Source: Octopus vulgaris (lineage: Eukaryota). Taken from it: DNA of 64,000 nt. Positions 14,979 to 27,540 of this stretch are shown piece after piece. The stretch's first letter is position 1; every line of letters starts with the position of its first letter. The stretch is from positions 56,792,001 through 56,856,000 of the forward strand of contig OX597828.1 in assembly GCA_951406725.2 (NCBI GenBank). The letters are read 5' to 3'. Under the pieces are notes generated by a model, which did not search any database, was not told the origin of the DNA, and was given only the letters and a program-made list of their open reading frames with translations. The translations under genes and the position numbers were made by a program.

Positions 14979-15126
14979 ATTATTATTTCTCAGGTCACTG
15001 GTTTGAATTGAACTGGGGTTAGTAGCGCTCTTCACAACTACGACATATACCCGTGGGAATATATCCGTCAAATGTAAGTAATTTATATAATGTACATAAT
15101 TCCTCCTCTCTTAAATATAGAACTGA
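14770..15126 (-). mobile_element. Small composite element: partial inverted termini, tRNA-like head, (AAT/AAC)n, hammerhead
   Basis: ATTTGATGGATATT (about 14785) pairs with ATATCCGTCAAAT (15061); A-box-like 15035-15045 and B-box-like 15005-15013 on the minus strand. Confidence 0.6.
14822..14867 (-). ncRNA. Minimal type I hammerhead ribozyme motif
   Basis: gacac-CUGAUGA-a-ggcug..cagca-GAAAC-GUU-guguu; intact core, loopless palindromic stem III (AACGUU), one mismatch at the base of stem II. Confidence 0.78.
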
Positions 15127-15206
15127 AATATAACAATATTTATATACAGAACATGTACGATTTAATTTCAATATATAAGATGTATATAGAGGGAGGTTTT
15201 TTACAT

Positions 15207-15790
15207 TTAGACAACTTCAGTGTATACAACATTTCTAGTTAGTTTCTGTATATCATGATGATCCCGTCATCTTAGTTTTGACTTGTAATTGAGGAACTGG
15301 TTTTGGTCAGCGTAAATTCTTGTCTGGGATTCCAACTATGCTTATAGCAAATCTAATTGAGGAACTCATTTTTGTCAGTATATAATTTCGGCTTGGAATC
15401 CAACCCTACTTATAGTAACGTATAATTGACCGCGAATGAAAACTGGATTTGGTAAGTAATTGCCACATTTTCGTAGACTCTGTATTTGGCTTGTGTTTAT
15501 GGAACTTGCAAAATGTGGAACTTGGAAATTGGCGTCTTTGTAACGTAAAAGTTAATTCAGAATCAGAAGGCGTTACACTGATCCGAGGAATCAGAACAAT
15601 TTGTCCCACATCAACTCCAGTCAATTTTTTTTCAGTTATTAGATTGTTATTTTCAGGTACAATTTTATACCTTATGTCGTAACAATGACCGTTTTCGTGA
15701 TCGAAATTTCTGATTAATATTATTGGTGCTACAATTTATAATTTAATCTCATGCGGAAGTAGACCCCTGATAGAAATTCTTCTCTTTTGT
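15207..15790 (-). mobile_element. Helitron Pif1-like helicase C-terminal remnant
   Basis: PHEIKL..API..IRN, GQIVLIPRISVTPSDSELTFTLQRRQFP, GQLY..SRVG and terminal TRNVVYTEVV*. Confidence 0.88.
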
Positions 15791-15856
15791 ATCATAAACT
15801 ATCTCGATATTGTTGAGCATCTTGATGTAGAACTTCTCTTCCTTCCCCTGAAAAAC

Positions 15857-16011
15857 ACATTGCAGCATATATGAGGCACCCACCTCTTGTTTTGGTACCC
15901 GACTTTACACCCGAATTAATATTTATAGGCAAATTTAAATTTGATGACATTGATCTTCTGCTAGTTACGCGGGGAAAATTTCCTATTCATGATCTAACAC
16001 AATGGTCCCAG
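15857..16011 (-). mobile_element. Second fragment of the Chapaev3-like transposase 5' region
   Basis: Direct-orientation match to 10800-10960. Confidence 0.85.
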
Positions 16012-18000
16012 TCAATCTCATAATTCCTAAAATTGTTCCCATGCCCATGTAATTCAAACTAGACACATTAATTCAGAGATTCTTATTGAATATATTAATT
16101 GAACATTTCGTCATGGACAGACAATTTCTCCATTTTCTATTTTTTAAATGGTAATATAACTATATCCATCAATGTGAAGGTAACATCTAGTTTTTTTACT
16201 GATAAACTGGATAAAGGCGGGGAACCTGGATATGACATCCCTTTAAGAAGTATTTATATCCTTCAAAAATTTATATGTGAGCGTGTGTGTGAATGTTTGT
16301 GTGTGTGTGCGTTCGTGTGCTTGTATGTGTGTGTATAAAAGATGGAGGTGGAAGCATCCCAGAAGCGGAACCAAGACATTTCAATTTAGAAAGATATTTA
16401 TAAAATGACTTACAGGTTATATAAATCGAGTATAAAATATTATCAGTTTTGACGATGAATTTCATATGAAATATTAATTAAACAAAATTATAAACACACA
16501 ATCACACACACTCATACATACACACACATACACAGAAAAGAATACGTTGCAAGAAAACAAATACACACAAACACAAACTCGCACCTTGAGACACACAAGA
16601 GAAAACATCACACACGCAAATACACATAGATATACACATTTGGAGACACTCAGAAAAAACATCGCATTTCACACCCACATACACCCAAAAGAAAAAAAAT
16701 CTTAATTAGTTTCTTAACAAGACTGTCATCGCAACATACATACCCATTAACACACAGCTGGTCACATTTCAAACATACGTAAATAACATTCACAACACAC
16801 ACCTACACATCTAGACATATGATCCATTCAGTAACTGCTTTTAAGTCACTCACTCGGCAGGAGCCTATATGGATTTTCCAAACGATACACAGGTAGACCT
16901 AATTCCGATTCTGTCTAACAATTTGATCTTTATACAAAACCATATTTAAAGAAGACTTCAACGAAAAAAGTCTCCAGATATGTTTTAACCGCCAAACAGT
17001 TGACACATTGCATTTACTGTTTATAAATTTTTATTAATATTTGGTAATATGAAATTCATCATCAAAACCGTTAATAGTTTATACTTTTGTTACCTAATTT
17101 TTAAATCAATTTACTAAATTCGTTCCAAATTTGAATGTCTTAGAGTTACCTCTGTACCGTTTCCAACCCCATTCTTTATATATAATAATTGATTTGTATA
17201 GATTTGTAATTTTTCAAATACATGCATACCTACATACACACACATATAAACACATAAAATCACATACACATATATTATACATATAGTCCTCGTTTTAGAG
17301 ATGCACAAAAATGTGTGCTATGTACATCACAGCACTAAATGTCGTGTATCAAAAACAAGCCTCAATTAAGAAGTCTTGAACCGCAGATTTTTGGGATCAG
17401 TTGTTATATTTCCAACAGCGCTATCCTCATCGGAAATGCAGTTTATATTGGCTTCTGACATTGATGCATTAATGTAGGCTTCGAGTTGCAGTTTAATGTT
17501 TAATATTTAATTTTCACCCGATTTTGAAACAGTTTTAGAAATATAAAACTATACATAAAGACTTTACTACGTTCTAATATATATACATATGTATTTTTAT
17601 ATTTCAATCTTTTTTTATGTGAAACGTCCATTGAATATTTCATTCGAATAGAAGAAGGAAGCTACTTGAAAATAAAAATGAAAATATATGATTTAAAGTT
17701 TTGTTATTCAATATTCCACACAAAAGAAAGAGAATATAGCGCAAGTAGGAAAAAGTAGGATAAAGTATGAAATAGAAGAGTTGTGCTAATGTTGAATGTA
17801 GAACGTACGATATGATATGTATAAAATTAAAGAAGACACTAGCGAAATATATTTCCAGGATCATCTGCATTGATGTCAACGTCGAATAACATTTGCGGTA
17901 CTGAGCTGGGTAGTTTGATATTGTGTATGTATTGTAGAATGTTCAATGTTATTACATTGCTTATTTGATGTGTGAATGTACCGTGGAAGACAAAAGATTT
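16012..18000 (-). repeat. Unclassified 1.9-kb repeat, copy 2 (inverted)
   Basis: Reverse complement of 7062-8986; paralogous ORFs 7185..7451(+) and 17640..17879(-). Confidence 0.93.
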
Positions 18001-18047
<47 letters not shown>

Positions 18048-18060
18048 TAATAATAATAAT

Positions 18061-18540
18061 AGACTACTGAAAGGCTTTTGGTTGCATTTCCAACACGCGG
18101 ATCCTTGAAACACTAGCCATTAAGAAGGTAGCGCCAATAATTATAGAATACATGAGACACTATGAAAGGATGGTAGACAGTGCTACAGCTCCAAACAAAA
18201 GAGGGACTACTTATAACCGAAGCCACCCCCATTTGAAGAGCGATATTCCAGGGAGACACGCTCTCTCCAACCATTTTCTGCTTGTCACTGACACCTTTAT
18301 CTGATATGCTAAATGGATGTGGATATTAATGTTCGCGCAAAACTATCAGCCACCTTTTATATATGGATGACCTAAAACTATACGCTACAAATGATAAACA
18401 GCTGGAAACACTACTACAAACAGTACTTGGATTTACCAAAGAAATAGATGCCAAAGCAACCCTGAAAAATGGAAACTAGTTAAGAGTGGCAACATCACAC
18501 TAGATAAAGCCAATGAAATAAGAGAATTAGACCAAAGCAT
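18061..18540 (+). mobile_element. Dong/R4-like RT fragment
   Basis: DY*KAF, IFQGDTLSP and HLLYMDDLKLY; follows (TAA)n 18002-18060. Confidence 0.88.
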
Positions 18541-18763
18541 TACATACATCAACAACCATATTTATTCAAAATTGCTTGTCGATCCACCACGGAAACCTCA
18601 TATAGTCAACATCTTTTAGGTCTGAAGAGAAGTAATTTCGTAATGAATGAAAATGTTGCGTTACAAAATTTGATGCATTACATCTGCGAGATTGTTCATA
18701 CATTCTTTTCGGCACAGTCTAAAAATCTTGCATAATACGTCCTATATCTTTATACATATATGA

Positions 18764-18816
<53 letters not shown>

Positions 18817-18840
18817 CTTGCATGAATGAATGTATATCTA

Positions 18841-18937
<97 letters not shown>

Positions 18938-19249
18938 TTGTGTGTGTATAAATTTGATGATTGCTTCATTTTAAGAGATATTAGCCGTCCAATCAACAGA
19001 CACGCCACGCCCCATCACACAGTACAATCGCTCCGTTAATAAGCCCTTTTCAGACCAACCGCTGACTGTCATAGTTTAGAACACAAGTGACTGATATTAT
19101 TCAAGTTCTTTCTATATCATTGCCCTTTGATTCCGAAGAAATGTTTTTGTGAACTAGCATATGAAATTTATGTCCAGATATTACCTTACAAGTTTTTTGA
19201 CATATTACACATGTCGTGGGAGGTGGTTGTTGTCTAAGATCATTAGCTA

Positions 19250-21342
19250 TATGTGCATTACGATTTTCATGTGATGTCTTATTGTTTAGGTAACCTGTTT
19301 TGACACCAGAATACGATCACATATTATGCATGTCAAATGTTCACTGTTTTATTTTCAGAGTGCAGAATCATCTTTTTCCTGCCAGGGACTGCAACCAGGC
19401 CTAACAGCACCTCTCCGTTCGCTACGAACTAGAACATCATTTTCCCAATCACGTTTGTTCATATCCAGTTTCTTCGGGTTTTCCTTCACACAGTCTTTAT
19501 ATCTTTTTCCTCGGCTTATTTTGTGGTCGCTTACCAGAGTTGAGATCATCATAAAAATGACGCTTTGGCAAACTCTCGACTTTCATTCTAATAACATGTC
19601 CAGTCCATCTCATTTGAGCCAAGATAACATGTTGTTCGATTGAGCTGCAAAGGACCGTGCGAAAATTTCTGTATCTGGTATCAAACATTCCCACTAGAAA
19701 CCTAAATTATGTCTGAGGCACTTTTGATGAAATCTCTCCAGTATTTTTATGTGACGCTTGTAAATAGTCCATGTCACATTTGAATAAAGACCTGCAGTTA
19801 ATAGAGACGCTTTATAGACACTGATTTTTGTCTGCAGGGAAACACCTCTATCCGCCCATACTCGCATTTCGAGCTTTCCAAATACAACCCTTCCTTTCCC
19901 TATTCCATAGTATATCTCTGCATCAAGACTACCATCTCTCGACAGTGTGCTCTCTAGGAAACAAATGTGTCAACGACTTCTAAACTTGTTCCATTGAAAA
20001 ATTGTTTGGTTCAGAATAAGTTTGTCCTAGTACGTGAGTGAATATTATTCTGGTTTTCCCCAAACTAATTGTGAGTGTCTAATGTACATATGAAGTGGAA
20101 GATCTGTCCATTAAATGTTGCGTATCTCCCTCTGTGTTTGCCATTAAATCAGCAGCATCGGCATAAAGTAATTCTCTAACAAATATTTTGGAAGTCTTTG
20201 CTTTGTACTTAAACGTGGGCAAATTAAAAATACGACTAGATGTCCGAAATCTGATTCCGATTATCCTGTTGCCATCCTTGAAAGCATAACAAAGTAATGT
20301 GGCAAAATAAACAGAGAAAAGTGTAGGGGCAGGAATATTTCCCTGTTTGACACAGTTGTTCACCGAAAATGCATGAGCTAGCTGATCATGATAGACTACC
20401 CGAACTTTCATGTTTCTTTGTAGTTCGTTAAAAATGCACACAAAATGTGTTGGACAACCAAGTTTACACAAAACAGTCTACAGTGCTTCCCTGTTAACCG
20501 TGTCAAGTGCCTTAGTTAATCTAAGGAGACCTGGTATACTGGCATTTGTCCCTCAGAAAATATCATGCCCATTGTTCCTCGCTCATATCTGAATCCACAC
20601 TGTTCTTCAGGGATCATATGTGGATACACATTCTGCACAAGACGATCTAACATGATATTTGAAAGTATCTTCCGGTATGTGCCTGCATAGATATCCCTCT
20701 ATAATTACCTCACACTGCTTTCGAGCCCTTACCTTTGTATACAGAGATTAGACTGTCATTTATCCATTCTTGTGGCACAGAAAATTCATTCCAAACTCAA
20801 GTTATCAGGTTATGAATTTCAGATGAAATATGATTCCCACTTGATTTCAAAACATGATGTTTTCTGTGAGGCAGGCTGAAGACAAATGCTGAGAGGGGCA
20901 AATGCCAGTATACCAGGTCTTCATTCATTAACTAAGGCATTACAGACAGTAAACATAGAAGCACTGTGGATTCTTTTGGGTAAACTTGGTTGTCCACCAA
21001 AAACAGTTCCTGTCCATGAAGACATGTTAGCGATGTTAATATGAGAACCCCACCGTTTTATGTGCAGATTTTAACTGCATGCTTCCAACAGATCAAGTCT
21101 GCAGACGTCGCCAAGCTTCTGACAATATACGACTTTTGAAAAGTGATGATTGTACGATGATAGTGTGTTCTCAAGGACATCTGCACCTCTTGGTCAAACT
21201 AGTAGATTCCAGTGACAAGCAAAACAAGATGACTTCTACTAAGTTGACTGCAGGTTTTATAGCGGAGTAACTTCTCCTAGGCTTTTCCTCAAAAGGATAC
21301 TGCAAGCTAGTAGTGGCAACTCAATTTGAATTCGGAGCTTTA
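19250..21342 (-). mobile_element. RTE-clade LINE derivative, endonuclease deleted
   Basis: KLGCP, VKQGNIPAPTLF, RELLYADA, QMRWTGHVIRM and KRYKDCVK, plus a 5' UTR matching 3400-3800; many stops. Confidence 0.92.
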
Positions 21343-21399
21343 GATATAAAATATGCAATCTTTAAAATTTGAATTGTTTTCTTTATATACTTACACATT

Positions 21400-21403
<4 letters not shown>

Positions 21404-21477
<74 letters not shown>
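21404..21477. repeat. (TA)n microsatellite
   Basis: Directly visible. Confidence 0.97.
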
Positions 21478-21490
<13 letters not shown>

Positions 21491-21876
21491 CATATACACA
21501 CATGTACTCTGAAATCGTAGTCCACAGATATTGCCCTGTCTTGGGGTGTAGATGCGAAACTCTCCAGTTCGAAAATATGAAGACACAGATAGTGTGTCGT
21601 ATAGCCAGCTGGAGACGATGTTTCCTTGGGCTAAACAAAAGTACTCTTCAGGTTAAAACAACTGCCAAGCATAATTGTGGCATTATGCAGAATATTTGTT
21701 GTACCCATATTTTATGCCACGAGCAGTTAAGCCATGAAAGCCATTATTATTATCATTTATTGTCATTGTACACCTTCTAACGTTGGATATGCACTATATA
21801 TATATATATATATATAGTGAACTAAGGTAACACCCCTTATTTTCGAGCATCATCCGGAGTATTTGAGCAGTTCCAA

Positions 21877-21877
<1 letters not shown>

Positions 21878-21965
<88 letters not shown>

Positions 21966-22256
21966 GTCCACCTTTCTTTAAATTTCCTTCCGTTTCTCGC
22001 CGAGTGTTTTCCGTACACCTAGGGCAGAGAAGCTCATTGTATGTATTCCCAGATTATACACGCAATATTCACAGGTAAAATATGTATTAAAAAAATTAAG
22101 AAATAAATGAATTCATGAACTGAAGTTGTTTTCACAGCGATAATGCTCTTCTCAGTACATGAGTCGTTCCAGTCAACACGATTTTACGCACTTCCTGTAG
22201 GGATAGTAAGCCCGGTATCATTTTCAAATAGGTTTCAGTACCTTTTTTTAAAAGTG
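21878..22256 (-). mobile_element. Dong/R4-like 3' end with (TAA)n tail
   Basis: 21965-22250 matches 39655-39940; the (TTA)n tract at 21878-21964 is the tail or target. Confidence 0.9.
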
Positions 22257-22437
22257 CACACCAAGGGCTCAGTGATCGTTAGGAGATATGTCGTCAGATT
22301 GCAATAATCAGCAACGCTATCCCATTGTCGATGAAATGGAATGAATTTTTTCAGTTCTTCGGAAGAGTAAATGATATGTCTTTAACACAATAACAGTATT
22401 ATAACAGCGCATTTCTTTTTAAATATCTTCTTCTTTA

Positions 22438-22815
22438 GCACTCCGTCGGTTACGACAATGAGGGTTCCGGTTGATCCGAATCAACGGAACATCCTGTTCG
22501 TGAAATTAACGTGTAAGTGGCTGAGCACTCCACAGACACGTGTACCCTTAACGTAGTTCTCGGGGATATTCTGCGTGACACAGAGAGTGACAAGGCCGGC
22601 CCCTTGAAATACAGGCACAACAGAAACAGGAAGTAAGAGTGAGAGAAAGTTGTGGTGAAAGAGTACAGCAGGGATCACCACCATCCCCTGCCGGAGCCTC
22701 GTGGAGATTTATGTGTTTTCGTTCAATAAACACTCACAACGCCCGGTCTAGGAATCGAAACCGCAATCCTATAACCGCGAGTCCGCTGCCCTAACCACTA
22801 GGCCATTGTGCCTCC
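22438..22815 (-). mobile_element. tRNA-derived SINE family C, apparently full length
   Basis: Head GGAGGCACAATGGCCTAGTGGTTAGGGCAGCGGACTCGCGG with A box and GTTTCGATTCC B box; the body TGCTCAGCCACTTACACGTTAATTTCACG resembles a Nin/Deu-type domain (tentative). Confidence 0.88.
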
Positions 22816-24004
22816 TTTTTAAATATACCAATGAACTAAGAAGGCGAGGGTTAGAATATAAGAGACAATCAACAAAACGGGATATAAAATTGATATCCTG
22901 TATTTTACCTTCTGCTTTGTGTTTTTATTTACCTAACGAAAGCTGCTCTAAAAGATGTCAATGATGACGATAACGGCAGCATTGATAGGGATAGTGATAA
23001 AGACAGTGAATGCAAAGAAGTTGGGGACATTTGTTGGCATAAAGATTGTATTGTTCACTGTTGGTAGAGGTGTTTTATGCACCACTATTATGACTAATGC
23101 CATTAGTATATATTTTAATGCTTTTTCGGCATTGCTACTGATATCATTATTCATGAGGAAATATTTGAAAAATGCACGAATACGCGTAGTTTATCAGAGA
23201 CTTGATGCTTGATATAAAAGATTCTAAAAGAACCGAAACAATGAAAATGTATTTTCCTGAAGACATACATTTTAAAGCAAGGAATTAATTAATTTAGAAA
23301 TTAAATAAAATGAATTATTTTTTAGTTGTCAAGCAACCGATATATAGTGAAAAGAATTATGCTGCATTTTTCCTGATATTGATGGTTGTGACAACACTAA
23401 GGTGATGACGGTGGCGGATTCATTGTATTTCTATTCGATTAGACAGTATATGTTAAAAATTACCTGTTAAATAAGCTAGACATCTTCCTCTTAATTTTGA
23501 ATTTTGAAATAGTAACCGTTCTAATTTGTAGTCGACATTTGTTAATGTAAATGGTGATAGTTGTGGTGGAGTGGTTTTGTTGAGGGCCATTTACTGATTA
23601 TCAAACTGTTGGTGCACATATCCCTGCTGAGGAGGGTCCCTATTTCCATGTTCTGAAATATTAGTGTGTTTCGAGGGAAAGTTGACAAATATAATACACC
23701 TTTCAACAATTAGTTGTTCTAAACTAATCTTCTCCTCCCAAAATATTAAGCATTGTGACTATACAGAAAGTATTATCATTAATAACACCATTTTTAGAGT
23801 AGCGATAGATACGGTTAGAATGCTGTAGTAAATTTGATTAGATGTTCAGTTTCGTCTCTTTAAACATTGAGTTAAAATGAAATCGCATTCATTTAGGCAT
23901 TGACCTTCTGTAACATATGTGACAGTGTTGTGAACAATAGGTGTATAACCATGTTACACTGTGGCAATAAAGAACTACATTTTATTCTATTTGTTTACCT
24001 TGTA

Positions 24005-24231
24005 CAGTCATGCGAACTCATAAGACCCGATTTATCGGTTTCATGGCGTATATATTTCCGCATCTGGACGGGCAGCCGGTCCGTCGCAGGATTACTCATT
24101 TTTTTCTAGATGAGCAACATGAAATGGTGTGTTTTGCTCAAGATCACAATGCGTCGCTCGGTCCAGGAATCAAAACCACAATCTTACGACCACGAATCCA
24201 ACACGCTAACCACTAAACCATGCGCCTCCAC
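24005..24231 (-). mobile_element. tRNA-derived SINE family D
   Basis: GTGGAGGCGCATGGTTTAGTGGTTAG head; homologous to 60540-60788. Confidence 0.82.
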
Positions 24232-25324
24232 AATATAGTGCGATTCACTTCCTATAATTTCTAACCTGTATTTACATTAAAGATTCAAGCATATATATAA
24301 CCTAGGGAGTCTATAATAATTTTGCTTCATTACAAAAGAACAAAAAAAAAAAACAAATTAAATATATTATTTTAAATCTAACAGTTATTTTTATACAACC
24401 AATAACAGGGAATTATATCATATTGCCGAGAACACAGTTGCCTAGAAAGAAACTGTCTTCATGATCATTGTTTTAGCGTGGATAATAAATCTTTTTCCGA
24501 GAATATTCATTGTTTTAATATGGATTTAATTACACTATATATCTAATTTCGTTCTAAATCAATTTTCATATTGAAATATTTGGTTTTAGCATCACGTTTT
24601 CTGAAGACATTTCTTATAGGAAAATGTCCTTTGCTATATAATTTATTGTTTCCTAACGAACTTTAACAAACTTATAAACCTACTTTTCATTTTATTTTCC
24701 TACAAAGTTGCAGCTTAATTTATGTATTTCATTTTCCCAATTACGTTAATGACTATTATTTCTTTATAGATCTTTGAAACAAAACATTACGGACAACATA
24801 TTTAAACTGATCATCTTTTTCCCTGTAAATCTTCTTATAGGTGTTTATACTTTTTCTTTGTGCATGATTGATGTATATTACCTAAATTGCTTTTCGTCCA
24901 TATTTATCAATATTTATATGCTTCTGTATGTCAAAATAACATTCCCCCTTCCACGAAGCTAGTCTGTAATGTTAATCTTGTTTTATTTAAATTTACCTCT
25001 GAAATAGTCAGTTATTTGTGAAATTTACTTTGAGTTTTTTTTTTTCGAAGTTTAAAGTGCAACCTTAGTTCCTATCAGCGTTCTTCGTAAAACTTAATTT
25101 ATTTTCTGTCGTCTTGTTGTCAACTTATAAAATTTCTAGCAATATTGGTGCTGATTAGTGGCTTGTTCGCTTTAGTGACATATATGCTTTTGCTGTTAGG
25201 TTGTAAAATTGCGAATTAGCCATATTACATTTATGTATGTTACATTTTATTATATTTCATTTGTTGTTAACTTTTAGGCTGATGATATAATCCGGTCTAA
25301 TTCGTACACAAATCAAATAAACAT

Positions 25325-25705
25325 GTGGTGGGAGACAAGTAATTATATCGACCCCAGTGCTCATGTGGCATTTATTTCATCGAGTAGGAGGCGGACGCGA
25401 AATTAACTGCGGCTGCATTTGAACTCAGAATGAAGAGTCGGAAAAACAGCTATGCTAAGCATTTTCTCCGGTGCAGTAACGATTCTGCCAGCTTACAGCA
25501 GTTGTATTGTAATAAATGTTTCTGTTATAAGGCACAGGAATTGGTATTTTAATTTTGTGGGGCTTCCATATCAATTTCATCGGCCATATTGCTCAGCTGG
25601 TATTTATTTCATCGGACCGGAAACCATGAATATTAAAGTCCCCCACGATGGCATTTGAACACAGAAAGTAAAGGCATAAGAAATGCCGCTAATCATTTTG
25701 TCCAG
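25325..25705 (-). mobile_element. Two tandem degenerate SINE family B copies
   Basis: ATCGACCCCAGT, ATTTGAACTCAGAA and AACGATTCTGCCAGCT blocks are reverse complements of 58204-58432. Confidence 0.72.
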
Positions 25706-26243
25706 CTCAAGGCCTTTCATTGAATTATAATAATTACAATAAGTAATCTTCATCAGTACTTAATTTGTTTTTCTTTTAGAAATTGAATCGCCGAAAATGT
25801 AAAACACGATGGCATAAAATCTGATCTTAATTGTATAACTTAACACAGTATTAATATCTATCGAAGTAATAAAGGGATTTGAGGATTTGTGTTGTAAATC
25901 ATGTATACGTAATGGCATTGCCTACGATGTGTGTTTTCCGCCCTTCTAAATCATGGCAGCTTCCTCCCTGGCCAAGCTATACATACTTGACATTTTAACG
26001 TTAGTAATGACAGATATAAACAAACTTTGCAAAAAGAGATAATCTGGAGTCTTCAGTAAGGATCAGTTCATCAATTGCATAGAAGGATTGTGTAATTCGA
26101 GAGGATTTGAGATAATTAAATCTTGTGTAGTCATTACTATAATTTCAACCGTCTATTGAGTTAAATGTTGGTCACAGAAAATATTTTCTCCTATAAAATA
26201 TTTTGTTTAAAAAAATAAGTAGCTACTTCCAGAGACGGATACA

Positions 26244-26455
26244 TACGAAGGGTTTCAAAAAAGTTCCTGGCATTGGGTAAAACAAAATATAGGAGTATCA
26301 ATTAATTATGATTTTATAAAACATACTCCCTCTGAGATTCACACATTTGTTGCAGTCTTCCAGTTTTTCTAAGCGCTATAAAACAATTCAGAAGTTTGGG
26401 CCTTCAGCGAGGCTTTTCGCCTTATCTTTAAAGCTAGTAACTTTTCAACACCGAA
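26244..26455. mobile_element. Mariner-type MITE
   Basis: TA-CGAAGGG..AAAAGTTCCTGGC terminus with a degenerate inverted partner; inverted homolog at 38248-38465. Confidence 0.75.
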
Positions 26456-27249
26456 TTCCTTATTTCTATTCATAATCTATAATTATCTGCTTTACAATAT
26501 GAATAACATTGTACTCGCGTCCGTTTCTGATAACTCTATTGCAATTTTAATATAACACGTACTTTTCAAATGCAATTCGATTAACTTTCGTTATGTCATG
26601 ACATATAATATCCAAACCCAAACAATCTTCTTTGTTAATAATCTGTATCCATATTTTGAAGATATTTCACATGATATACAGAATCTTACAACACACAATA
26701 CACAATAGAGTTGATTCCAACAATGCGTAGGCACTTATCAAATACACGATGTCGTGTTTCGTTTTTACAGTTCCACTAACATCCCAGCTTGAACTTCTTA
26801 AATTGTTGTAGGTATCTAAACAAACGAAAATAAATTCTTTTAAATATAGTATATATGTTATAAATTAATATTGTATGTAAGCATAACCATAAACAGCGTG
26901 TTGGTTTTCTAAAAGCAATATGGCTCTAATCAAATGCGTATAAACAAATACAAACAACTAAATCGACATTTATTTTCGGTTTTCAGAAACATCTTTATAT
27001 CAAATATATTTCTTGCGAGACGATAATACAGAATAGCAATGATTTCGTCATTTCTAAGCATATTAGACAAGTAGCAAATACATAAATCAGCAACGTGCAA
27101 ACATATTTCTATACGAATTAAAGATTTCTATTACGGATAATGCGGGTGTAATGATGCACAAGATGGTATTGAATTATTAAAATACAAGAATAAATTTACA
27201 AAACTTTAATTTTTCTAATTTTTGGAGATATCTAGGAAAAACCATAACA

Positions 27250-27540
27250 TACAAGGTGAGTTCAAAAAGTATCCGATTTTTTCCCCACCAAAAATAATGT
27301 CACGCTGGTAAATTAATTTGGGTGGAATGTGATGGCATATTTTCTGTTCATGCATGAAATATTTCGCGTCGGTACGCTTGTCAGTTCCCGGCTGGTACGC
27401 CTAGAACACAGACGTGTAGTAGGCGCACGTCGAATTCACGGACAGCGTATTGTTTTGCCTGGGGATATACCAGAGGTTGGCTCAATATGCCGTACAGTAG
27501 AACTGACCTCAAAATCTGGCGTTGTGACACGAACCTCTTA
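27250..27540. mobile_element. Probable degenerate Tc1/mariner MITE
   Basis: TACAAGGTGAGTTCAAAAAGTATCCG resembles a mariner TIR; the right end is poorly preserved. Confidence 0.4.

Noticed and set aside
22740-22815. tRNA gene
   Set aside because: It is a SINE head that continues into the SINE body; the acceptor stem is not intact. The same applies to the other tRNA-like heads.
22948-23154. Hydrophobic ORF as a cadherin or receptor transmembrane exon
   Set aside because: No cadherin or GPCR motifs and no convincing splice sites; hydrophobicity is expected from AT-rich DNA.
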